64,000 nucleotides of DNA from Octopus vulgaris (GCA_951406725.2 OX597826.1:77624001-77688000), one strand, 5' to 3'. Numbered from the stretch's first letter, positions 42,049-53,473 are shown. The notes: generated from the sequence alone by a model not told the origin. Numbers and translations: made by a program.

Positions 42049-42122
42049 TAGCCAGATAACCGAAGAGATGGTGTTGTGGATTTCCACTTCGGCATCTGAA
42101 ACTCAGAGTTTTATCTTGACTA
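42049..42122 (+). ncRNA. Second type I hammerhead-like motif, U4C core, GUU site
   Basis: Same as 41751-41823 except N17=U; predicted cleavage after 42110. A third complete copy lies on the minus strand at 41417-41490. Confidence 0.62.
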
Positions 42123-43799
42123 CCGAGTAATGTAACATATTGTATAGATATATATATATATATATATATAAATGTAAATATGTATAGAGTGTTAGGTGTG
42201 ATGTACAGAATTGAATATTGTGAAAATAAGTCATCAGAATTTTGGGAAAAAATCCTTTTATTTCTTTATTATTATTAACGCTTTTGTTCCTCTCTAGAAC
42301 TTGTCAAATATAATTTATATATATATGTGTGTGTGTGTGTGTGAAATATACAAACTAACAGACAGACAGGCAGGTAGATAGATAGATTAGACAAACAGAC
42401 AGACAGACACATATACAAGATGGCTGCCAACTCATTAATCAAGTATGGCTCTTCTCAGCTCTGACAGAATAGATATACATAGGCACCAAATTAGTTGGAA
42501 AACCAATGACATACAAACTTGCAGACAATATAGAGTTGAGTGTTTTCAGCTGAGAATTACAAGAAGATGGTTAGAGAGAGTCTGTGAGTTGTGTGACTGT
42601 AAATGACTCTTAAGTCCAGCAAGAGATTTACAACTTTTTCCTCACAGACAACATGAAAATGCTTAATTTCATACATGCATACATACATATCCTTAGTTAA
42701 TGTCTGTATTCCATACATGCATACATTGGACAGTTTGACAGGATCCAGCAGGTCTGAGGACTGTGTAGTGCCAATATGCCTATTTTAGCATGGTTTCTAT
42801 AACTGGGAGAGCCCTTCCTAACATGACCCACTTTACAGAGTGTACTGTCTGCTTTTCTGTATGACCAGCATTAGAGAGGTTGCCAAGTAACTCACAAGGC
42901 AAAAGCCCCTTGATTGAGAAGGATGAAGTATTAAGGGAGAAGGCCTGTGCCTGATGTTGAGAGGCAAGCATATGATAGAGGGAGAGGATCAAAGGTGTTG
43001 CTGAAGGGGAGACACATGGCTACCTCAGCTGGAAAAGAAAAGACAATGATGATGGGGATGAGGTGTTAGGACATAGCCCCAAGATACAAAAGGGTGACTG
43101 TGTGTGAGGGGGGACACAGCGGAACAGGTGAGGGGGAGATAGGGACAAAGGATGAACTCGGTTCACAAGAGTGTGGGGTGAGTGGCAGAGGTAGAGAATA
43201 TAGGGATATGAGTGATGCAGTGAAAGCAAATAAGGGGCCTGGTACAGTCAAGGGTGACTATCCGCTTGGGAGAAGATGAAGGAAATAAAAGTTAGTCAAG
43301 GTGAAGGTGGGGGTTGGGGAGCAACACTGTAATAACCCTACCCACCCACCCACCTGTATAGACAAAAAAAAATAGGGATATGAAGTGTGACAGAGAGGAC
43401 GGGGTGCACAGTGACAAGGAGAAGATCAGAGATTTATAGTAGTGAATACTGAGAGAGGGGGAATAGAAAGAGAGAGAAAAACAAATAAGGGTGAGAAGGG
43501 TGCTGATGGCCAATGTGAGATCTTGTTCAATGGTGGTATGGAATGGTATTAAGAATGTAAGGTTGGTGCTGTGGAAAGGTGCAATCTCCAAGGAGAGGGG
43601 AAACTGGTAGCACACAAAAGTTTGCTCTCATATAATAATTACAGTAGTTGAAATAGTACCGTAATTAGTAGGGTGATGGATGGAAAATAGGTTATGAGTA
43701 GAGCTTGGATGTAGGTACAGAGACAGAAAGATACGGTTTTAGATTCTTGTTGACCATCCAACCTCAATTGTAACCCAACCCTATCGAATCTGGTTAGTT

Positions 43800-44440
43800 A
43801 TGCCATCGGGCATAAAAGGCCACAACATGATCTTTCCAACCAGCTCTGTTTTTCTGCCCCTATTCTGGTTTCAATCCTGCTTCTCCACCCTTCACATATC
43901 CTTTCCTTGTCAATGGCCCTTTGCATGTGGTTTTAAGGTGCCCCGTTGGTCTTTTCTCCTCAGGCAGCTACTTTAGTGCCACCATTGAATTGCTTTCTCG
44001 ATTTTGTCTGAGGATTTCTCAAGTCCATTTCCAGAATCTGTAACCTATTTTGTCACTGATCCTGTGTTAATGTCTGTTGTAAGGCGGTGAGCTGGCAGAA
44101 TCGTTAGCACACCGGGCGAAATGCTTAGCGGTATTTCGTCTGCCCAAATTCTGCCAAGGTTGACTTTGCCTTTCATCCTTTCGGGGTCGATTAAATAAGT
44201 ACCATTTACGCAATGGTGTCGATATAATCGACTTAATCCATTTGTCTGTCCCTGTTTGTCCTCTCTGTGTTTAGCCCCTTGTGGGTAGTAAAAGAAATAT
44301 GTAATCTCATATGTGTCATTTTGGGATCTTTGCAATCACTTAATGTCAAGTATTTTCCTTAAGCATGTGAACTGGAAGCTGCTGTCCATTGCTTTCACTT
44401 TCCACATCAAGACCGATGGCACAAATGTGTTTAATACTCC
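43800..44440 (-). pseudogene. Degraded RTE-clade LINE C-terminus interrupted by a SINE
   Basis: SFQFTCLRKILDIK ... RFWKW ... VALK*LPEEKRPTGHLKTT resembles RTE CLRRIL.I.W ... W.PEGKR..GRPK.TW; family B SINE at 44081-44299 (+). Confidence 0.6.
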
Positions 44441-44849
44441 ACCAAAGAACAACTGAGCCGATGACCCCTGCCAACACCCCCACCCTATCATGGGCACTAC
44501 CCAATATAATGAACTTATAATGTTGAATACACTACACTGCAGCCTTCCACCAATCAGGCGTCAGCATTCTGTCTGAGCACATGGGCCTAAAAGCAAAGAG
44601 AATAACGGGTGTGGCTTTTACAGTATGAATACCACATGAATAACACTGATCAACAGGGACCAAACAACCGAGAGCCATCTTGAATTTATCTGAAATCTCT
44701 CACTATCCCAACATCTGACACAGTGCTGGATCAACCCATTGAACAAAATAAGCAGGTGCTCGGGGCCTCAAGGGAAGGAAGGGGCACCACAGAAATGGTA
44801 AATGGTTTACGCACAAAAGAAATCACTTTAAACTTTGCTAAAATAATAT

Positions 44850-44970
44850 TCGTAATGCCTCTATCTCTACTAAGTATAGAAGCAGAGGTTTTATGTGAAA
44901 TTAATTTTAACGATATCATCAAAGACTTTGCAATTTTTAAAAAAATGGAGAAAACTTTCCAAATATAAAT
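44850..44970 (+). pseudogene. hAT transposase C-terminal remnant
   Basis: LSLLSIEAEVLCEINFNDIIKDFA matches the L.LLSIE......FD.II..FA motif at the end of the hAT dimerisation domain. Confidence 0.6.
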
Positions 44971-45044
44971 AAAATGGAAGCACACAAAAATAAACATTTT
45001 CCATATTACTGTGAATTTTGTTTTATTCTGAAAAATAAAAAAAT

Positions 45045-45320
45045 ATATATACTTATGTGTATATATAAATACATATATATACTTACATATGTGTATATAT
45101 AAATATATATATATACTTACATATGTGTATATATAAATATATATATATACTTACATATGTGTATATATAAATATATATATATACTTACATATGTATATAT
45201 ATAAATATATATATATATATATACTTATATATGTGTATAAATAAATATATATATATATACTTATATATGTGTACATATAAATATATATATATATTACTTA
45301 TATGTGTGTATATATATATA
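45045..45320. repeat. About 32-bp AT-rich minisatellite (tatatatacttacatatgtgtatatataaata)n
   Basis: About 8 tandem degenerate copies. Confidence 0.85.
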
Positions 45321-45859
45321 TACACACACACACACGCACGCACTCAATAACTTGACTCTTATTCAGAATATATGTAACTTCTACAAATTGTCAAGTGCCA
45401 CCTTTCGTTTCTCTCTTCACTAGCATATATATTATGACACGATGCTACTCCAGCATGGCCACAACCGCCTGGCTGAAACACATTAAAGAATTGTGTATGT
45501 GTGTGTGTTATATTTATATAATTAAAACTAGATATATATTATACATATAAAAAAGAAAGTGTTTATATATAAATATGCACACATAAACATCCACACACAC
45601 ACATCCACAGACATTATGTTGTATATATATATCGGTTCAGGAAACTCCACGTTTCCTAGTTTACAGAACAAGCATAAACGAACTCAAAGACTGTTTCTGT
45701 TTCAGTCGACAGTTCAAGACGATATAAACGGTGCCTAAACGATGTATGAAATTATATATATTCAACATTTCCAATATTTTTACGTATATAACCCTTTAAC
45801 CTTTTATCTCTAAGTGTAAATTTATATAATGCACATGCCGACTACCACTAATATAAATA

Positions 45860-45914
<55 letters not shown>

Positions 45915-45916
45915 GC

Positions 45917-46278
45917 ACCTCGCTGTACGAGTTTAATTCGTTCCATGAGGGAGCTCGTCTTACGATTTACTCGTTTTACAAATCAATTTTCCTCGTTGAA
46001 ATTAACTAAAATGTAATTAATCCGTTCCGGACCCACCACAAAAATCCACTCAAAAATAATTTTTTTCATGGGTTTTAAAACAGGAAAGGTGTAGTTACAA
46101 GTAAAACGACAATTATTAAAAAAAAAGAGACTGCAAAATAAATATGTTTTTATTAACCGAATTACCTGAAAGATTTGTGCGCTCGTACTGCGGATTTCCG
46201 CTCGTACGTCAGGACAAAAATTCACATGAGTCTTGGCTCGTACAGCAAATTAGGGTTAGGACACTCGTACTGCGAGGT
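45917..46278. mobile_element. Tigger-type MITE
   Basis: Subterminal inverted repeats acctcgctgtacgagt / actcgtactgcgaggt, internal ctcgtac repeats, and attaactaaaatgtaattaatccgttcc. Confidence 0.65.
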
Positions 46279-46282
46279 TCTG

Positions 46283-46328
<46 letters not shown>

Positions 46329-47436
46329 CACTACCTTTTCTTATGAGCTGTAATGCACATGAACATTCTATACAATAAGTTTGTTATTTTCTATATATAT
46401 ATATATTCACCGATAATGTTATCAGGAATTGGTTTAATTTTTAACAGAATTAGTGGATCGCAATCTCTTTGTTTGATTTAATATCATCAGCTGGTTCTTG
46501 TGATTCTTGTACAGGATCCAACCGGTATTATTCCGCTGAGGTCGACTTTGCCTTTCATCCTTTAGGGGTCGATTAAATAAGTACCAGTTACGCACTGGGG
46601 TCGGTGTAATCGACTTAATCCCTTTGTCTGTCTGTCCTTGTTTGTCACCCTCTGTGTTTAACCCCTTGTGGGTAGTAAAGAAATGGGTATTATTTCGTTA
46701 AAAACATCCTAACCGGTATTCTTCGGTCCTGTACAGGTATTCACCACACCTATTCTAAGGGCTAAGTCAGTCCAACCAATATATTTTGGGTTGATTCCGG
46801 TCTAAATTCTTTGCTTGTTTATTCAGGTTCTCGACTCCACTACACGTTGACCACACCCTCGTTGGTTTTCTTTTTTTCTTCCCCTCTTCATACAAAGATA
46901 GAAAACAAACGGACGTATAACCTCGTGTTCCGGCTTTACACACACACGTGTGTGTATTTGTGTGTATACGCACACTCACAAACACAACACATTATTCGAC
47001 TTGTACTTTCATTCATGCGTGTCCCTTCTCTGCGTGTGTCCAGGTAGACAAAGAGAGACACGCTCTTTACCTGTTACAGTGTGTGTATGTGTAGGTGTAT
47101 GTAGAGGTGGCTGGATTTATGAATGTCAATCTGTTCCCACAGATGTATATATATTTTACTGTAAAAGCATGGGTTTTATAACAATTCATTATCAAGGTTG
47201 TACGAACGTATAAATACAGATGCAGATGTATACACCACCATTCTACACACACACACACACACACACGCAATCATTAATAAGGACGAGCGGGAGAAAGAGA
47301 AACCAGCAGGATAGACGATAAATAAAAAAACATGAGTGATAATAATAAAAGATAAAAGATAAAAGTGGAGTGTTGAAGATGATGGAGGAGAAAATAGCTG
47401 GTTTAATAATAATAATATAAGAGAATTTTTTTTTAC

Positions 47437-47567
47437 CTCGATGGTTTTGTATTGTGAAGGTTGACAGCTTTTGAGGAGCGCTGGGGGGAAAAGCCTCCTT
47501 TAATTGAAAGACCGGGCGAGATGCAAGGTAATTCGGACAAAAACAAACGGATTTCGTCGTTGTTTCG

Positions 47568-47600
<33 letters not shown>
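47437..47600 (-). promoter_or_regulatory. Possible CpG-rich first (non-coding) exon or TSS region of a minus-strand gene
   Basis: Unique CpG-rich sequence ending in minus-strand GAG|GTAAAA at 47437/47436, close to the CpG transition. Confidence 0.22.
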
Positions 47601-48667
47601 TTTACTGCAACATCGTGTGTGTGTGTGTGTGTGTGTCTCTCTCTCTCTCTCTCTCTCTCTCCCCCTTTGCATTCACTCACGCGCATATGCGAAACACACA
47701 CACGTGTGCATGTGCTTGTGTGAGTATGTGTGTGTGTATGTGAATGCGTGTATGCGTGTATATCACCGTCATCGTTTTAACGTCTACTTTTTCCCACCTT
47801 GCATGGGTCAGACGGAATCCACCACTAAAGCTGATTTTTCTACGGGTTGGATGCTCTTCCTGTCGCCGACCACTCACCTGTTTACAGGTAAGGTAATATT
47901 TCCCCTTGGCCGGACGACAATGCTTGTATGGAGGTGACTCTCGCTTACAGCTATCCCGATGGAAAGGCAACAAGACACACGCACGCACGCGTGCACATTT
48001 GAGGGGCTTCTTTCACCTTCTGTCAACCAAATCTCAATTTCGAAGGTTTTGGTAGGCTCAGTATAGAAGACACTCAACCAAATTACAGGACAAGTAAACA
48101 CAGAGAAAGGACCCTTCGTCAGTTGTCGGCTGTCTATCTACTCCTCATTTCGAGCATTCAACGACAATGTGACTCTTCAAAGACAGTTGGTCCCATAAAT
48201 TCATCCTCATCATCATCATCATTTAGCGTCTGCTTTCCATGCTAGCATGGGTTGGACGGTTCAATTGGGGTCTGTGAAGCTGGAAGGCTTCGTCAGGCTC
48301 AGTCAGATCTGGCAGTGTTTCTACAGCTGGATGCCCTTCCTAACGCCAACCACTCCGTGAGTGTAGTGGGTGCTTTTTAGGTGCCACCGGCACAGGTGCC
48401 AGATGGGGCTGGCAAACGGACACGAACGGATGGTGCTTAAAATTTAGGATTTATGTTTGGGAGGCGGGGGAGGGGTCAAAGTTGGGAAGAAAAACAGGAC
48501 AGTGGAAACATACAAGGAAACCGAATGAAAACAATCATGGAGGATCGTTAGGCCAAAAGGAGAGGAAAATATATTGTAAGAAAGAAAATGGAGAATTATG
48601 GATTTATAGATAATTTATCTGCATGATATAAAGATGCTGAGCATTTTAATAAAAAAAACTATATAGA

Positions 48668-49042
48668 TCTTTATATATAAAAGTAAGGTTGCGTGCTGTC
48701 TGTCTCCTACGATTTAGATTCCTAACTACTCCCACATTTTGCGGTGCAGTTTCACCAAAACCGGGTATCTTATAGTCGTGATTCATATCGAGCCCTTCTG
48801 GGTATTAGCGCGCGTCAACAATGAGTCTACGATTTTAAAAAAATTTACCACCAATTTTCCCCATTTTTAATGCATTTTTGGCGTATATAAGGGAAGTAAC
48901 TCTCTAAAAATTTATTATTAAATCTCAGAACGTAAAAAGCTACAGTAACACCTCCCGCTTGGCTATTATACTTTACATCTCTAAAAATGCTTATATAGTT
49001 ATTTCCCTTACAAACCCGAGCAACGCCGGGCGATACTGCTAG
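48668..49042 (+). mobile_element. Complete non-autonomous Helitron (375 bp)
   Basis: 5' A|TCtttatatataaaa, subterminal hairpin cccgagcaacgccggg, 3' CTAG|T; inserted between A and T with no TSD. Confidence 0.88.
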
Positions 49043-49087
49043 TAAATTATAAATTGTAAAGCTCTAAAAAAGAAATGGCAGATACCA

Positions 49088-49215
49088 AAAACCTACATAT
49101 AATGTTTCGATTCGTGCCCTTGGGTGATACATAATTCTAAGCATTTGGGTAAGGTCATATACTAGGAATTGGTATCATTTTCAACTATAAGGGGGCAGAA
49201 TCTCATCAGGGTTTT
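49088..49215 (-). ncRNA. Canonical type I hammerhead ribozyme with extended helix II
   Basis: AAAACC-CUGAUGA-GAUUCUGCCC(about 73 nt)GGGCACGAAUC-GAA-ACAU(UAU)AUGU-A-GGUUUU; all core nucleotides intact; GUA site, cleavage at 49094/49093. Confidence 0.85.
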
Positions 49216-49808
49216 ATGAGCTTATATTACAAAGGTTAACATATTTCTTGAAAGGATGCTGACAAATATAATTTGTCTGCATCCCTTCAATAAGCTCTTA
49301 AAGCCCTGATGAGATTCTGCCCCGTTATCCTTATATGATAGCGATTAACCAGTGGAAATTTTTGGAGTATTTAATCCCTAATGAGGACCCGACATCCTCG
49401 AAATGACCAAAATAGGGAGTAATAAACAGCTGATAACTGAGGAGGAGTTAGACTTCTTTTGGTATTTTGTCCCCTACTTGTTTCTTGTTATGCGTTTACG
49501 TATTTTTCGCTAGTTGTTGATGTTCTGTTCTTATTGTGCATGTTTTGGTATTTTGTCCTCTACTTATCTCTCATGTGTTTACGTGTTTTTCACTCATTCA
49601 TGATGTCTTCTACTCAAAGTCTATTTTCTATTTATATATATATAGCACCAGGTGGTGCTATAAAGTTAGACATGGCCTGGGTCCTATACTGGCCAAAACC
49701 TATCAAAGTTATATATATATATATAGGGAGAGTTTACACAAAAAACGAAGACAGGTGGTGTACAAAACAAACAGATGTATTAGTATAATACTCAGGAGTA
49801 GAAAAAGT

Positions 49809-49844
49809 CTTTTGCGTTTCGAGCCTACGCTCTTCTACAGAAAG
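49809..49844 (-). ncRNA. Minimal hammerhead-like motif with variant core, in a repeat at about 49725-49906 between (TA)n tracts
   Basis: CUUU-CUGUAGA-A-GAGC(GUAG)GCUC-GAAACGCA-AAAG; A6U, and C at position 16.1. Confidence 0.5.
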
Positions 49845-49949
49845 GGACACAGAAAAACAAGGAGAGAAAAAAATGTGTGTAGTGGCTAACGATCTATCAT
49901 GGCGACTATATATATATCAAATAAAATTAAAAACAGAACAGAAAGGATA

Positions 49950-50044
49950 TCGCGGTACACATGTTTCAAGCTTTATAAACAATCCATTCTTACATCAGTG
50001 TATAATAGATATAAAAGATGGTTTAAAGCTCTCTTCAGCCGCAA
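49950..50044 (-). ncRNA. Canonical type I hammerhead ribozyme with extended helix II
   Basis: UUGCGG-CUGAAGA-GAGCUUU(50 nt)AAAGCUU-GAA-ACAUGUGU-A-CCGCGA; GUA site, cleavage at 49956/49955. Confidence 0.82.
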
Positions 50045-51263
50045 ACATTGTTAGTCCAAAGAGTTACATCACACTATAAAAAATATGTCAAGTACATGTA
50101 GTATTACCCATAATAATAGGTATATCATATCTCCCTGAGAAAGTGTATTTGTAAAATTTCCTAACTGTATAAAGATTCATTGGATTTGGAAAATCTGCCC
50201 ATACTGTATCACCAGTCAACATAGAGTGAATGTTAAATAGATTGGAATGGGTTTATATTCAATTCTCTTGTATAAGATAGGAAGGGAAATAAGATAGAAA
50301 GAAGAAAAAAGGAAAATGGAGAGAAAAAATAAACGTTAGAAAATAAGAAATAAGAAATAAGGGGCAAGGGAACTGGAAGTAAAAGACAATGGAAGCTTCC
50401 ATTGTCTTTTCCTTCCAGTACCCTTGGCTGCAATCAAAGGATTAAAGAAAGTAAAAAATAAAAGATGAAGACAAGACAGGTGTGAAATGATTTCAAAAAA
50501 TGTGGCAAAGGTACTGAGAATGATCCAGTGTTTGTAGAAGACATTCAATGATTCCGATCCAATTGCCGAGAATTCTATTGGTGAAGAATGTATCAGTAAT
50601 ATGGATGCCAACAGTGAAGAATGCATTTCCAAGCTTTGACAACATTGATTTACCTTTTGAATATACTTTCAAGGTCTACATTCTGTGAACGATGATTAAA
50701 TAAATTCTTAAGATGCATTTTTCTTCTTCTTCTTCTTTCTTATTCTACTTACTATATACAATAGCATCTGCCAAGCACTGAAATACCAATTTCTCTAAGA
50801 ATGCATTCAGCTTTCTTTCTACATATTCCTATTGTTTGTTGCATATTATAATGTTCAAGGAAATTTTGCTTTGACTGCATGAACTTATCTTTCTATAGGA
50901 ATTCATTCACATTTAGTAAACTTAGCTGATGGTTTTAGTCAGTTTTTATCAACGTATTTGGTTTTGTCTGCATGTACCAGAATTCATTGATGCCAGTCTA
51001 TTTTTTCTTTTTTTTTGGTAAACCAAATTTAATCTAGTTTCCTTTAAAGATTAGTGTTGAGTTATTTTTTAAGATTTCATAATTTATACCAGCATTCAGT
51101 CACAATATTGTATTTACAAGCACAGAATCGTATATTTTGAACTACAAAATAAATTTAAAATGTTGTATGTTGAAGCATACTAAAATTATTTCTATAAAAT
51201 ATCGGCAAAATAGGGGAACAGTAGTGTTATTAAGAGTGTTTTTTTTATAAGCCAACCAGCATG

Positions 51264-51301
<38 letters not shown>

Positions 51302-51817
51302 TCATCATCATTGTCGCTTAACGTCCACTTGCCTTCCTGGCATGGGTCAGATGGTTTCACTGAGGACTGGCGAGCCAGAAATCTGCACCCGGCTCCAATC
51401 TGATCTGGCAAAGTTTCTACAGCTGGGCGCCCTTCCTAACACCAACTACTCCAAGAGTGTAGTGGGTGCTTTTACATGCCACCAGCACGAGGGCCATTCA
51501 GGTGGTACTGGTAACAACCACACTCAAATGGTGTTATTTACATGCCACCTCCGCAGGAGCCAGTCCGGTAGCACTGGCAACAACCATGCTTGAATGTGGT
51601 TTTTCACATGCCACTGGCACAGGTACCAGTAAGGAGACACAGGCAACGATCACGCTCAAATGGTGTTTTTTACAAGCCAAGTTTAGCATGCCTTCATTCA
51701 GCCTCTTTTGCCAGACAGCTAAGCAATGTGGACATAAACAAACCAGCACCTGCTGCCAAGCAGGGTGAGGCAAATTCCAACACAAACACACACAAGTGTG
51801 TGTGCGTGTATATGTAA

Positions 51818-51848
<31 letters not shown>

Positions 51849-52192
51849 CACACACACACTAGTCAGTCCTGAGCTATAATGGAAAACATTTGCCCAAAGT
51901 GCTGTGCTGGGGGATTGAACCAGAAACAACATGGTTGCAAAGTGAGCTTATTAACCGCTTAGGCATTGCTCATGAAAGATGCATCTCCTGGAGAATTTTC
52001 CCCAGATCATTATATAGTTGGGGAGAGAGAGTGGGGAGACAGAGCGAGGGAGGAAAGACAGACAGACAGAGAGAGAGGGCGGAAGAGAAAGACAGACAGA
52101 CAGAGAGAGGGAGGGAGAGACAGACAGAAAGAGGGAGGGAGAGACAGACAGACAGAGAGAGACAGGCAGACAGACAGAGAGTGAGACAGAGT

Positions 52193-52225
<33 letters not shown>

Positions 52226-53313
52226 GCAGACAGACAGAGAGAGAGACAGACAGACAGAGTCAGAGTGAGAGAGAGAAATACACATATATATCTTCATACT
52301 TATGTACATACATACACACACACACACACATATACGTGCATATGCCCGCCCCCCACTTTATATATTTCTCATGAAAAATGCATCTCCGGGTAATTTTCCC
52401 CTGGTCATTGTGTGTGCGTGATAGAGAGACAGACAGACAGACAGAGAGAGAGATAGGGAGAGAGAGAGAGACTGGTTTTGCTGGATCAAGTGATCAAACA
52501 TGTTTACGATATCTTTCTTAAAAGTGTGAGCGCGCGTGCGCGCATATATGTATTCCAGTCCTTTTTACACACACACACACACTGGAAAATACCGAGAAAA
52601 TGCTAACGATGTTTTGAGGGATCTCCCAGACTTGCTCTCCTCTCTCCAACCTCACCCAAAATGCCCCCGCCTCTCTCTTTCTCTCCCCCACACACCACAT
52701 CTTTGTTATTTTACCCTTTCTTTCGCATAACACTCCACAATTCTTCATCCTTTTGTCTTCCTGTCCGTCCATTTCCTCCATCTCCCCATAACCCCCGCCC
52801 CTATATTTTCCCCGCTCCATCTCCATACAGTCCTTCGTGTCTCTGAACTGCCCTTGTTTCTCCTCATCTTCTGCCCTATATCCTGCGCAAACGAGAAAGC
52901 CTTTAAGGTGGACGCTCGATTTTCTAGAAACAACAGCCAAATGACACTTTTATTGTCTTCAAAAACATAAAAGCATATGACAATGTAGTATCAGATATAC
53001 TATTTGAGTAAAAGACGAGGGGGTTGCCGACCAGGGCCTAAACAACAATTCTGTTTACCTCAAGACCGTTGCTCTTCTCTCAAATCCTCTTTAGTATTTC
53101 AAATGAGGATTTCCCCAAAGCCAATCCATCTACCTACACGTATCCATCTGTTAAGCAATGTTTCAATATATATATCTATCTATATATGTATCTCTCCATC
53201 CATTAATCTATCTAACTACCTATCTATCTTTCTATCTATCTGGCTATACAAACAATTATTCGTGAATTCACCTCTTGCTGTCCTCTATTCTCATAACCTC
53301 ATCAATCGATTTA

Positions 53314-53383
<70 letters not shown>

Positions 53384-53473
53384 TAGAAAGAATAGCCAAA
53401 ACTCTTTGACTGCTATTTCTAAATTCGGTGTGTGGTGAGGCAAATCGTTGCTAAACCCTTAATTACTTGGTAT

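Larger units (their letters stand above)
41322..42150. mobile_element. Head-to-head tandem array of a 299-nt non-coding unit carrying HHR motifs (retrozyme / non-autonomous Penelope-like)
   Basis: tattgataaaacgg at 41322 and 41621; ccgaagagatgg at 41761 and 42060 (period 299). Left arm (41322-41750) is the reverse orientation of the right arm (41751-42150). Flanked by (TA)n on both sides. Confidence 0.9.

Noticed and set aside
51969-52409. 41-bp imperfect direct repeats about 400 bp apart (related string near 58540)
   Set aside because: Appears to be a local duplication or small repeat fragments beside (AGAC)n; no LTR, TSD or structural features
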